Origin: Planctomycetota bacterium
GTDB lineage: Bacteria; Planctomycetota; GCA-002687715; CAIWVZ01
Assembly: GCA_044222185.1 (NCBI GenBank)
Contig: JBGANV010000003.1
Coordinates: 32,001 to 96,000 of the forward strand
Direction: 5' to 3'
DNA length: 64,000 nt
Part shown: positions 20,727-30,000 of the stretch, piece by piece
Numbering within the stretch: position 1 is the first letter of the stretch
Layout: each line of letters starts with the position of its first letter
Made by a program: the position numbers and the translations under genes
Notes under the pieces: model-generated
The model's input: the letters and a program-made list of their open reading frames with translations, nothing else
Databases searched by the model: none
What the model was told of the DNA's origin: nothing

Positions 20727-21962
20727 TCAGCGCGACTCGGGTGCTGGAGCGTCGTCCTTCAACTTCTCGGGAGGGCCGACGGCGACGAAGTCCTTCTCCG
20801 TGAGACCCTCGCGCACGACCACGCCGTCGCTGAGGTTCTCGGCCACGTTCACGACGAGCCGTCGCAGGACGCCGCCGCGGGCGACGTAGACCACGGCCTG
20901 CCCGCCCTCGGTCGACAGGGCACGCCGAGGCACCACGACACCCGACTCGCTGCGGCCGAGAGTCACGACGCCCTGCACGAATGCACCCGGGATCAGGCGC
21001 CCGCGCCGCGCCGGAGGGATCTTGGCGCGGAAAGCGAAGACGCCGTCGTTCGGGTCCACGGTTCCCGTCGTGCGGTCGACGGTCAGATCCAGCGGCCCGT
21101 CCACCAGCGGCGACTCGAGCGTCACCGTGGTCGTCCTGGCCACCATCCGCTTCAGGTCAGACTCGGGCAGTCGAAGCTCCGCCTCGAGGTCCGTGTCGGA
21201 GACGAGCGTGAGCACCTCGGTGAACGGCGCGTGGTTGACGTAGTCCCCCAGCGTCCGATGGCGTTGGACCACGACGGCCTCCCGCGGGGACTTCACGACC
21301 GTGTCGCGAAGATCCACCTCCGCGAGTTCGAGTTGGGATCTGGCCTCGGCGACCGTCGCGGAGGCCACGGCCAGCTCCGTCGCCGTCGCTCCGGCCTTCG
21401 CCTCGTCGAGCCGGGCCGCCGCTGCGGCGCGCTGGGCCTCCGCCACGGCGATCTGCGCCCGCACCTCTTCGAGCTTCTTCGCCGGCATCGTGTGGTCCTC
21501 CTCCACGAGTCGGCGGAAGCGTGCCTCGTCGCGGCGCAGGTCGTCGAGGCGCGCGTCGATCTCGGCGAGCGCGGCGGCGAGCACGGCCACGCGTTCGGGG
21601 CGAGTACCGGACTTCAGATCCGCGAGCCGGGCCTCCGCGGTCGCGAGCATGGCCTTCGCCGTGGCGACGCGGGCCTGGAACACGGTCGGTTCGACCCGAA
21701 AAAGCTCGGCGTCCTTCGCCACGTGCGATCCCACGTCGATGGGCGCGCCGGCCGCGTCCACGCCCCAGACCGTGATGCGCCCGGCGACTCGCGCGCCGAT
21801 CTGCGCCTGCCAGGCGGGAATGACCCGACCGGACGCGCGAACGGTGGAACTCCCGAGGGGCTTCAGGGGAAGGAGGCGGAAAGTCTCGTCCTGCGCCGTA
21901 GCGACTCCGAAGGTGACGACGGCGGCGAAGACGAACGGCAACGATTGGAGCGCTCGATTCAC
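20727..21962 (-). CDS. RND efflux periplasmic adaptor (membrane fusion protein)
   Basis: Lipoyl half-motifs (IGARVAGRI...GSHV; TVVKSP) around a coiled-coil hairpin; lies between the TolC and RND genes; GTGA overlap. Confidence 0.9.
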   Translation of the reverse strand: MNRALQSLPFVFAAVVTFGVATAQDETFRLLPLKPLGSSTVRASGRVIPAWQAQIGARVAGRITVWGVDAAGAPIDVGSHVAKDAELFRVEPTVFQARVATAKAMLATAEARLADLKSGTRPERVAVLAAALAEIDARLDDLRRDEARFRRLVEEDHTMPAKKLEEVRAQIAVAEAQRAAAAARLDEAKAGATATELAVASATVAEARSQLELAEVDLRDTVVKSPREAVVVQRHRTLGDYVNHAPFTEVLTLVSDTDLEAELRLPESDLKRMVARTTTVTLESPLVDGPLDLTVDRTTGTVDPNDGVFAFRAKIPPARRGRLIPGAFVQGVVTLGRSESGVVVPRRALSTEGGQAVVYVARGGVLRRLVVNVAENLSDGVVVREGLTEKDFVAVGPPEKLKDDAPAPESR

Positions 21963-23473
21963 GGGTGGTTCTCCCCCGACGCGGGTCGACTGGAAGCAGA
22001 GGGTTCGACGACGACCGGTGCCGCGAGTGTCTCGGCCTCGTCATCCGCCGTGCCGGCGACGTCGTCGGCGATGGCGGCGCGCAGCTCGTGCCAGGCCACG
22101 TGGACGTCCACGCGCGCCCGGTTCAGTTCGCGTTGCGCCGCCGACCGATCGGCGATCGAGCGAGCGACGTCGGCGCCACTCGCGAGGGCCTCTCGCTGGC
22201 GCGCGCGCGTCTGCTCGAGGAGGCGATCCTGCGCGGCCACGAGGCGCTCGCCGGCGACGATGGCGTCGTACGCTCGAACGAGATCCAGCACGCGCAGGTC
22301 CACCTCGTAGACGACGCCCATCGCGACGAGGAGAGAGCGTTCCCTTTCCACGTCGACCTGTTGGCCAGCCGCGTGGTACTTCCAGAGGGTGCGCGACCCG
22401 TTCAGCAGCGCGTGCGCAACGGTGATTCCGCCCGTGAAGAAGGACGGATTCACGACGTGCGAATTGGACGTCCACTCGAAATCGAACGTGGCGTCGAGCC
22501 GCGGGAAGAACTCGGCGAAGATCTGTCGGACGCGCGCTGCGGCGATTCCGCGCTCGAGATCCTGCGCGCGGACCTCGGGCCGCCTCATCAAGGCCGCCTG
22601 CTCCAGGTCGCGGACCGCCGCTGCCGAGCCGGGCGGCGTGGGCGGCGGCGGCACCGTGGTGTCGATGCGGAACTCCGTCCAAACGGGAAGAGACATGGTG
22701 CGAGCGAGGGCCGAGCGCGCCACGAGCACGTCGCGGCGTGCAAGCGTCTCATCGCGTTCGGCGCGTGCGAGTCCGGCTTCGACGAAAGCCGTGTCGGCGC
22801 CCGCCCCCACGCCTTCCCGCTCGAGCGCGCGGGCGACGCGGACCGCCTCGCGGGCGGATGCAACCTCCGCCCCCAGCAGCTCGGCGTCACTGACGGCTCC
22901 GGCGAGGTGGACGTAGGCCACACGCACGTCGCGGATCAGGGCCTGGCGTGCCCGAAGCGCGGCGAGGCGCTCCTGCATGCGCTCGTCCTTGGCGATCCCG
23001 TAGGCGAACCACGTGGCACCGAAGTCGAAGATCGGAAGGACGAGCCCCAGGGTGAACCGCTCGGTCTCCTTGTCGTCGAAGGCTGCGACGCCCGCCGCCG
23101 CCTTCACGAGCGGATCGTTGTTGCGCTCCTTCACGACGAATCTCGCGTCGCCCTGCGGAAGGAACGCCGCGAACGACGCGCGCACCTGATCGTCGCGGAG
23201 TTGGGTCTGGAGCAGCGTCACGCGGTACGCGAGGTTGTTGCGGAGGGCGATGGATTCGCAGTCCGCGACCGAAAGGACGCGTCCGCGCGCGAGCGCATTC
23301 GTGACGAGGTCGATCCCCCCGGCGGGGGTGACGTCCATGGCGTCGAGGCCCTCGGATGCAACCCGGTCGGCGACCGTGGAGTTGAAGCGGTCACGCTCGT
23401 CTTCGCGCTCGAAGCGCTCGGCGGTGCAGGCGACGAACGACAGCAGGAGAAGGGGTGCAAGCCGTGCATTCAT
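21959..23473 (-). CDS. TolC-family outer-membrane efflux lipoprotein
   Basis: True start ATG 23473 (MNARLAPLLLLSFVAC, lipobox), overlapping the TetR stop; OEP repeats (LPIFDFG, ALMRRPEV, FFPRL). Confidence 0.88.
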   Translation of the reverse strand: MNARLAPLLLLSFVACTAERFEREDERDRFNSTVADRVASEGLDAMDVTPAGGIDLVTNALARGRVLSVADCESIALRNNLAYRVTLLQTQLRDDQVRASFAAFLPQGDARFVVKERNNDPLVKAAAGVAAFDDKETERFTLGLVLPIFDFGATWFAYGIAKDERMQERLAALRARQALIRDVRVAYVHLAGAVSDAELLGAEVASAREAVRVARALEREGVGAGADTAFVEAGLARAERDETLARRDVLVARSALARTMSLPVWTEFRIDTTVPPPPTPPGSAAAVRDLEQAALMRRPEVRAQDLERGIAAARVRQIFAEFFPRLDATFDFEWTSNSHVVNPSFFTGGITVAHALLNGSRTLWKYHAAGQQVDVERERSLLVAMGVVYEVDLRVLDLVRAYDAIVAGERLVAAQDRLLEQTRARQREALASGADVARSIADRSAAQRELNRARVDVHVAWHELRAAIADDVAGTADDEAETLAAPVVVEPSASSRPASGENHP

Positions 23474-24144
23474 CGCGCCGGCTCCCTCACGCCGAGGCCG
23501 CCGGAGATGAGCCGCCACAGGAGGTCGAACTGAGTCTCCGCCGGAGGCGCCTGGTCGGCCGTCGCCCAGCGCGCGAGGGTCACCACGAGCACGGCGTCGA
23601 TGAACTCCACCAGCTCCGCGGCGGGAACGTCGCTCCGAACCGATCCCTTGCGCTGGGCGCGCCGGAACGCCTCGACGTCGTGTCGCTTCGCGGCGAAGTA
23701 GGCCTCCAGAGCGTCGCCCCGAAGATTCGAGGGGATGTGCGCGCGGCCGCCCGGGCTTGCCGTGTAGAACGTGCGAAAGAACTGGCGATGGGCGTTGAAG
23801 TACTCGAGGTAGGAGCGCAGGGCCGTCCGCAAGCCGTTGACGGGGTCGGGTTCGTCGTCGAACGCGCGGTGGTGCGCCACCGACAAGGCCGCGCAGTGTT
23901 TCGACACCATGGCGCTGAAGAGATCCTCCTTGCTCTTGAAGTAGAGGTAGAGGGTCCCAGCGGCGCAGCCAGCCTCGCGAGCGACGTCCTGCATGGTCGA
24001 GCGCTCGAAGCCGTTCCTTCCGATGACGGCCTCCGCCGCGTCGACGAAGGCCTCCGCCGTCGCGGCACGCCGGCGCGAGCGGAAGTCGTCGCGCGCCGGC
24101 GCGCGTGCGGGCGCTCGGCGGGATGAACGGCTGTTCATTTTCAT
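23470..24144 (-). CDS. TetR/AcrR family transcriptional regulator
   Basis: HTH GFERSTMQDVAREAGCAAGTLYLYFKSKEDLF; first gene of the efflux operon; start at 24144 or 24138. Confidence 0.93.
   Translation of the reverse strand: MKMNSRSSRRAPARAPARDDFRSRRRAATAEAFVDAAEAVIGRNGFERSTMQDVAREAGCAAGTLYLYFKSKEDLFSAMVSKHCAALSVAHHRAFDDEPDPVNGLRTALRSYLEYFNAHRQFFRTFYTASPGGRAHIPSNLRGDALEAYFAAKRHDVEAFRRAQRKGSVRSDVPAAELVEFIDAVLVVTLARWATADQAPPAETQFDLLWRLISGGLGVREPAR
24123..24138. promoter_or_regulatory. Candidate TetR operator (palindrome)
   Basis: ATGAAC-GGCT-GTTCAT inverted repeat lying over the start of tetR. Confidence 0.5.
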
Positions 24145-24338
24145 GATCCGCCGTTTTACGACGCGAGTCGGTGATCTCAACGACGGGGGTCGTGCCGAAC
24201 GCCGCGACCGGTGACCTACCCCCGAAAACCTGCGTGAGCGGCCAGGGCCTCCGCACGACGGGCCGCGATGTCCCCCACGCCGGTTACCCTCCTCGCCGAC
24301 CCTCGACGGAAAGGTGAGGCACAGCCTGTGCGAGTCAC

Positions 24339-24794
24339 ATGATCATGCAAACGCTATTCGACACGGACGCTTATCGGTCCATCATCACGAGGATCAACGC
24401 GCTCACTCCCACGTCTCCGCGCCAGTGGGGCAAGATGGACCCGGCTCAGATGCTCGCGCATTGCGTCGTCGGGTTCGAGTTCGCCACTGGCGATCGCCGC
24501 GGCAAGCAGGCCCTCATCGGCAAGCTCCTCGCCCGCTTCGTCAGGGCGGGCATTCTCGGAGACAAGCCCGTCGGGAAGAACTCGCCGACCGACAAGGCGT
24601 TCATCATGGACACGCCTCACGACTTCCAGGTCGAGAAGGAGCGCCTGCTGGCCATCCTCGCCCGGTTCCACCAAGGTGGGCGCGCGAAGGTCACCTCGGA
24701 CGCCCACGTCTTCTTCGGCAAGCTCTCCGCCGACGAGTGGAGCCGACTCATGCTCCGCCACGTCGATCATCACCTGAAACAGTTCGGCGCGTGA
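24339..24794 (+). CDS. DUF1569 (DinB-like) protein
   Basis: RINALTP..RQWGKM..AQMLAHC, HVFFGKLS..EW, RHVDHHLKQFG. Confidence 0.9.
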   Translation: MIMQTLFDTDAYRSIITRINALTPTSPRQWGKMDPAQMLAHCVVGFEFATGDRRGKQALIGKLLARFVRAGILGDKPVGKNSPTDKAFIMDTPHDFQVEKERLLAILARFHQGGRAKVTSDAHVFFGKLSADEWSRLMLRHVDHHLKQFGA

Positions 24795-24809
24795 CGGCGT
24801 CGCCGCCAG

Positions 24810-25553
24810 TCAACTCCGCCAGGCGACGACCTGCGAGAGCAGGGCGATGCACGCCGTCTCCACCCGGAGGATGGACGGGCCCAGCGACACGGCCACGACG
24901 CCCGCGGACCGGAGGGTCTGGACCTCCGACGGCGTGAATCCGCCCTCGGGGCCGACGATGACGATCGCCAGGGGGAACGTCCGCCCTGCCGTCTCGAGAG
25001 CTGTCCGGATCGGCGTCGCCTCCCCGGCGGTGGCCCCGACGCACGCAAAGGCCCCGACCGGAATCACCGCATCGGAAACCGAGAGCGGCTCGTCGAAACG
25101 CGGCAGGAAATCGCGTCCGCACTGCTTCAGGGCGGCGACGGCAACCTTCTCGAAGCGAGCGCGCCGTCGCTCGGCGCGCTCGTTCTCGGGTTGCCAGACG
25201 CCGCGCTCCGTCACCAGCGGGCGGATCGCGGTCGCCCCGACCTCCACGGCCGACCGGACGACGTCCTCGGCCGCACCGGCCCGCGGCAGCCCGCACCACA
25301 GTTCGAGGTCGAACGACGGCGGCCGGGCGGAGGCGACCGCCTGCACGGTCGCACCAAGCACCCGATCACGCATCAGGGCCGTCACCCGAACTCGCGCGGA
25401 CCTGCCCGACCCGTCGAATGCCGTGACCTCGTCGCCCACGCGGACGCGGTTGACGGCCGCGAGATGCCGCGCTTCCTCGCCCTCGAACACGACGTCACCC
25501 TCGTTCAGGGGCGCGGCGACCTTGAATCGCATCAGGCTCATCGGGGCCACCAT
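24810..25553 (-). CDS. rsmE: 16S rRNA m3U1498 methyltransferase
   Basis: EARHL..V.R, EVG, AALKQCGR, IVGPEGGFT, LGPSILRVETA; start may be 25541. Confidence 0.95.
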   Translation of the reverse strand: MVAPMSLMRFKVAAPLNEGDVVFEGEEARHLAAVNRVRVGDEVTAFDGSGRSARVRVTALMRDRVLGATVQAVASARPPSFDLELWCGLPRAGAAEDVVRSAVEVGATAIRPLVTERGVWQPENERAERRRARFEKVAVAALKQCGRDFLPRFDEPLSVSDAVIPVGAFACVGATAGEATPIRTALETAGRTFPLAIVIVGPEGGFTPSEVQTLRSAGVVAVSLGPSILRVETACIALLSQVVAWRS

Positions 25554-25606
25554 AGCGAAGGATGACGGACCTGTCCGACGGGGCCCGGCGCAGCCATAAT
25601 CGGCCC

Positions 25607-26977
25607 ATGCCGAACGCGAACGACGCGCAACCGAAGTCTCGGAAGATCACGAAGCTCGACATCGACAGGCGGCTCTTCACCGAGGCTCCACCGGCGCACG
25701 GCCCCAAACGGACGCTGATCCAGCTCGGGCGTTTCGTGTTCCTTCTCATGCAACGGTTCCGGCGCGATCACGGATTCCAACGCGCGTCGGGCCTGGCGTT
25801 CTCGACGATCATCTCGCTCATTCCGCTCGCGGTGCTGTTCTTCAGCTTCGCCGGGATGCTCGGGGGCGGAGACCGGATCATCCTGTACGTGCGCGAGAAG
25901 GTGTTCCCCCTCGTCGCACCGGACTTCCAGGCGCAGCTCTCCACGTGGCTCGACGAGTACATTTCGACCACGGCGTTCCACCAGGGACCCACGGGGGTCG
26001 TGAACGTCGCCGCCATCGTCGGCTTGCTACTCGCCGCGTTCGCCGTGATGGCGACGGCCGAGCGCTACATGAACGCCATCTGGCATGCCGAGGGCCGCCG
26101 CGGCTACCTGAAGAAGCTCATGAGCTTCTGGGTGATCCTCACCGTCAGTCCGTTCCTGATTCTGCTGTCGATGTACGTCAGCGAGTTCCTCGTGCCGCGC
26201 GGCGGCGCCGTCGAGCAGCTCGTCGACCAGCACTGGATTCTCAGTTCGGCCTATCGCTTCATCGTGCCAGTGCTCATCGGCTTCCTCGGCTTCACGACGG
26301 TCTACGCCGTCCTTCCGGCGACGCACGTCCGGATCACGAGCGCGGCCACCGGAGGGCTCGTCGCCGCGATCCTCTGGGAAGGCTGCCGCCAGGCATTCTT
26401 CCTCTACGTCCACCGCGCGACGGCGATCACGAGCTTCTACCCCAAGCTGGCATCACTCCCCCTCTTCCTCATCTGGATCTACCTGAACTGGGTCATCGTG
26501 CTGTTGGGCGCTGAGATCGCCTACGTCCACCAGTGCTTCACGGCCCTCGTGCGTCAGCACGACCGGGACCGCGACGGCAACCGCTACTCGCGGATCTACC
26601 TTGGATTGGGCCTTCTCGCGCGCCTCGCCAACGCCTTCGACCGCGGCACGACGCCGCCATCGCTCGTCCACGTCGCCGACGCGATGACCGTCGCACCGGA
26701 GACACTGGAACCGATCGCCGAGATCCTCGTCGCCGACGGAATCCTGATGGAGGACGGGCGCAAGCCCGGCCACTTCGGGTTGGCCATCGCCCCCAAGGCG
26801 ATCCGGGTGCGGGACGTGGCGACGCGGCTGCTCGTCACGGAGTTTGGCGTCGAGTCCTCGACGGCAAACCTGGATCCGACCCGCCTCGGCGTCCACGACG
26901 CGTGGGTCGCGGACGCGTGGTCGGCGTTCCTCGCGCGGCTCGATGACCGAACGTTCGCGGGCGAGGCATCGCGCTGA
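25607..26977 (+). CDS. YihY/BrkB family inner-membrane protein with C-terminal Rrf2-like winged helix
   Basis: ASGLAFSTIISLIP, NAIW, LPLFLIWIYLNWVIVLLGAE; C-terminal wHTH-like segment. Confidence 0.9.
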   Translation: MPNANDAQPKSRKITKLDIDRRLFTEAPPAHGPKRTLIQLGRFVFLLMQRFRRDHGFQRASGLAFSTIISLIPLAVLFFSFAGMLGGGDRIILYVREKVFPLVAPDFQAQLSTWLDEYISTTAFHQGPTGVVNVAAIVGLLLAAFAVMATAERYMNAIWHAEGRRGYLKKLMSFWVILTVSPFLILLSMYVSEFLVPRGGAVEQLVDQHWILSSAYRFIVPVLIGFLGFTTVYAVLPATHVRITSAATGGLVAAILWEGCRQAFFLYVHRATAITSFYPKLASLPLFLIWIYLNWVIVLLGAEIAYVHQCFTALVRQHDRDRDGNRYSRIYLGLGLLARLANAFDRGTTPPSLVHVADAMTVAPETLEPIAEILVADGILMEDGRKPGHFGLAIAPKAIRVRDVATRLLVTEFGVESSTANLDPTRLGVHDAWVADAWSAFLARLDDRTFAGEASR

Positions 26978-27046
26978 TGCCTGATGCCGTCGCGCCAGGC
27001 GGGACCGCCGCCACCGCAGCGATTCCGTGTTGCGCCGGCGCGCGGC

Positions 27047-30000
27047 TCAGCCGCCCTCGGCCGCGCGCTGCTTGACGCGGTCCTTGTTGTCCTTGTAGGC
27101 CTTCGTCTTCTTGTACTTGTCGGCGAGTTGCTTGTAGAGCTTCGCCGCGTCGGCCTTCTTGCCGTCCGTGTACAGCTTGTCGGCCTCCGTCAGCACGTCC
27201 TTGGCCTTCTTCTCGTCCTCGCCACCGAAGAGACCTCCGAGGGCGTCCTTGATCTCGTCCTCGGGCTTCTTCTGCGGCGGCGGCTGGTTGCCGGGCTGGG
27301 CCCCGGGCTGCGGAGGTGTGTTCCCGGAGGTGGCCGGCTGCGACGTCGGCTTCCCGGGCGCCGGCGGATTCACGGGGTTCTGTCCCCCCTGCGGCGTCGG
27401 CGGTGGCGTCGGCGGAGGCTTGGGCTTGCCACCGAGGAGATCGCCGAGGCCGGGGACCTTGTTGCCGAGCTTGTCCCCGATGGCTCCCGTGAGCTGCTTG
27501 GTCGCGGCCTGTTTCGCCAGGTCCGCGAGCACGTCCTCGGCCTTGAGCTTCGGCGCGGACGAGCTGCCCGTCACCGGGATCTTGATGACGTTGCCTTTCA
27601 TCACGTTGAGGAACGCATACTTGGAAACGAGAGCGTCGGTCACCGGCACGTTCCACGAGAGGTCGAGCGACTTGTCGAGGCCGATGGAGCCCGTCCAGGT
27701 CGTCTGCTGTCCGGCGATCGCCATGGGGATTGCCTTGTCGTAGAAGAGGCGCCCCTGTTTGATCGTGAACTCGATCGGATCGAGCTGCATCGCGCCCGGG
27801 TCGGCGGCGCCCAGCATGGAGAGGAGCTGCCCGACCATGTTCGTTCCCTTCACCGCCAGGTCGTTGATGGCGATTCGGCCCGAGCCATCGATTCCCTGTT
27901 TGGGCAGTGCGTCCCACCCGCCGTTCAACGTCTCGTTCGTGATCTGGCCCTTGTAGGACATGTCCAGCTTGACGTCGAGGAGGCCTTGGATCAGGCCTCC
28001 CGCACCGGCCTCCGTCACGGCGAAGATCGGATTGATCAACGCGAGCAGCGGGGCCATCTCCTTGTTCGCGCTCCCCTTCGCCAGTGTCAGGTTCAACGTC
28101 GACGTGGCGTCGGCTTGCGGCCGCAGGTCGACCTTGCTGGCGGCAACGAGCGTCCCACCATTCAGCGTCATGTTCGAGTTCGCGGTGATCGCCTGGTTCT
28201 TCACGTCGAGCGTGGTGTCACCCGCCGTCTGGAAACCGGCGAAACTCACCTGCCCCAATCCGACCTTGCCCTCGGCGAGGGTGGCGCGCAGCGAGCTGAC
28301 GAGGTCATCCTTGTTGATCTTCCCGTTCAGCAAGAAGGTCACCTTCCGTTCCTCGCTCCCGCTCATCGTGCCGCTCATCCACGGCTTGATGACGGCGCCG
28401 AGCAGGTCGGGGATGTACGTGAAGTCGCCCTTGAGCTGCTTGAACTCGGGGGCCGTCTTCATGTTGTCGATGCCACCCGTGACGCCGCCGTGGATGATCT
28501 TGGAGTCGAGCTGCGTCTTGCCGATGGCGAGGCTCTGCGTCTCCGTGTCGATGTCGGCGTTGGCGACGAGGGAGATCCTTGGGTCCGTGATCGGCACCTT
28601 CTCCCCGGGGTTCTTGCCGGGCACGACGAAGCGGAACCCGTCGATGGTGGTCTGGCTGTCGAGCTTGAGCTTCCCGCCGCTCCCCTTCAGCCCGATGTTC
28701 GCCACGGTCTTGCCAGCGGCTTCGTAGCCCACGAGATTCATGGCTGCGCCGAGATCGCGGACGACGTTGGCCAGTTCGCCGTCGACCGTGACCTTCAGGT
28801 CCGCGTTCATCTTCTCCTTGCCCGTCGTCTTCCCCGTCACGGTCGCGGTCGCCGTGTTGCTCGTGAACTTGCACGTGCGGAAGTCATTCGTCTCCGCGCC
28901 AGGCGTGGAATCCGCGACGACGTCCAGGTCGATGACGGCATTCTGTTGGGTGACGACGCGGGAGGCGCCGCCAGCTTCGGCCGGCGGCATGGTGACGGTG
29001 AGGTTCGGTGCGCGGACCTGCCCCTTCACTGTCGCGCGCTTGCCCTGCATGGCGACGTCCATGCCCGTGGTCACCTGCTCGCCGGCGAGCGCGTAACCCA
29101 TGAGAAACGCCGACAGACGCCGCGTGATCTCGTTGGGCTCGATCTTCCCGTCGAGACGGAGCGTCGTGGAAGGTTGCGCGCCTTCACCGAGGAATCCCGA
29201 GGACGTTCCCGTCACGCCCACGTCGGCGCCCGGCGCCTTCAGCGCGCACTGCTTGATGTCGGCGCGCCCCGTACCCGAGCTGTTCACGAGCACGTTCGCA
29301 TCGAGGCTGATGTCCGCGCTCTGCACGCTCAGCGGCTTGTCGGCGGGTCCGTAGCCGTCGAGGGTCATCTGCTGGACGCGAAGCGATGGCACGAGTTCCA
29401 GGTCCTGGCCCTTGGACCCCGCGGTCGCGACGAGCTCCCAACGGCCCGAACCGCGGGCATTCTTCAAGTCCTCGCTGAACGGCCGCGCCATCTCGATGAG
29501 TGGAGCGACGTCGCCGTCGATCTTCAGGTTGCCGTTGGCCGTCATGCCCTCCTTCATCAGTTTCTTGATGGAGGCCGAGCCGGTGCCGTTGGCGATGTTG
29601 CTCTTCAGGTCGAACGTCCTCAGTTCGACGTCGTCGCCGAGCTTCGACGCAACGCCCTTGAAGACGAGATCCGACAGGTGGGAGGGTTTCGCCGCATCCT
29701 TTCCGCTGATGTCGAGGGAGCGGCACGAGACGGTCACGTCGCGGACGTCCGCCTCCTGCGTCGCGGATTTCATGGTCGCGTCCCACGCAAGACGCGTGTC
29801 CTTCATCACGGCGCCCGCGGGGCCGAGCGTGGGTCCGTTGACCCGGAGGTCCGGTGCTCCGAGGTCGCCCTTCACCGTCAACGCGTCGGGCGTCATCTCG
29901 AGCGTGCCCTTCGAGGTCACGTTGCCTCCGGCGAGTTGGTAACCGGCGAGCCAGTCGCCGACCTTCGCCTGGAGTTGAGCCAGGTTCGCGGTGAGGTCGT

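Noticed and set aside
23474-24256. N-terminal extension of the 765-aa TolC ORF
   Set aside because: It overlaps tetR in another frame; the real TolC starts at the lipoprotein signal at 23473.
27260-27430. Short repeated DNA words
   Set aside because: They encode a Pro/Gln low-complexity linker, not a CRISPR array or DNA repeat element.
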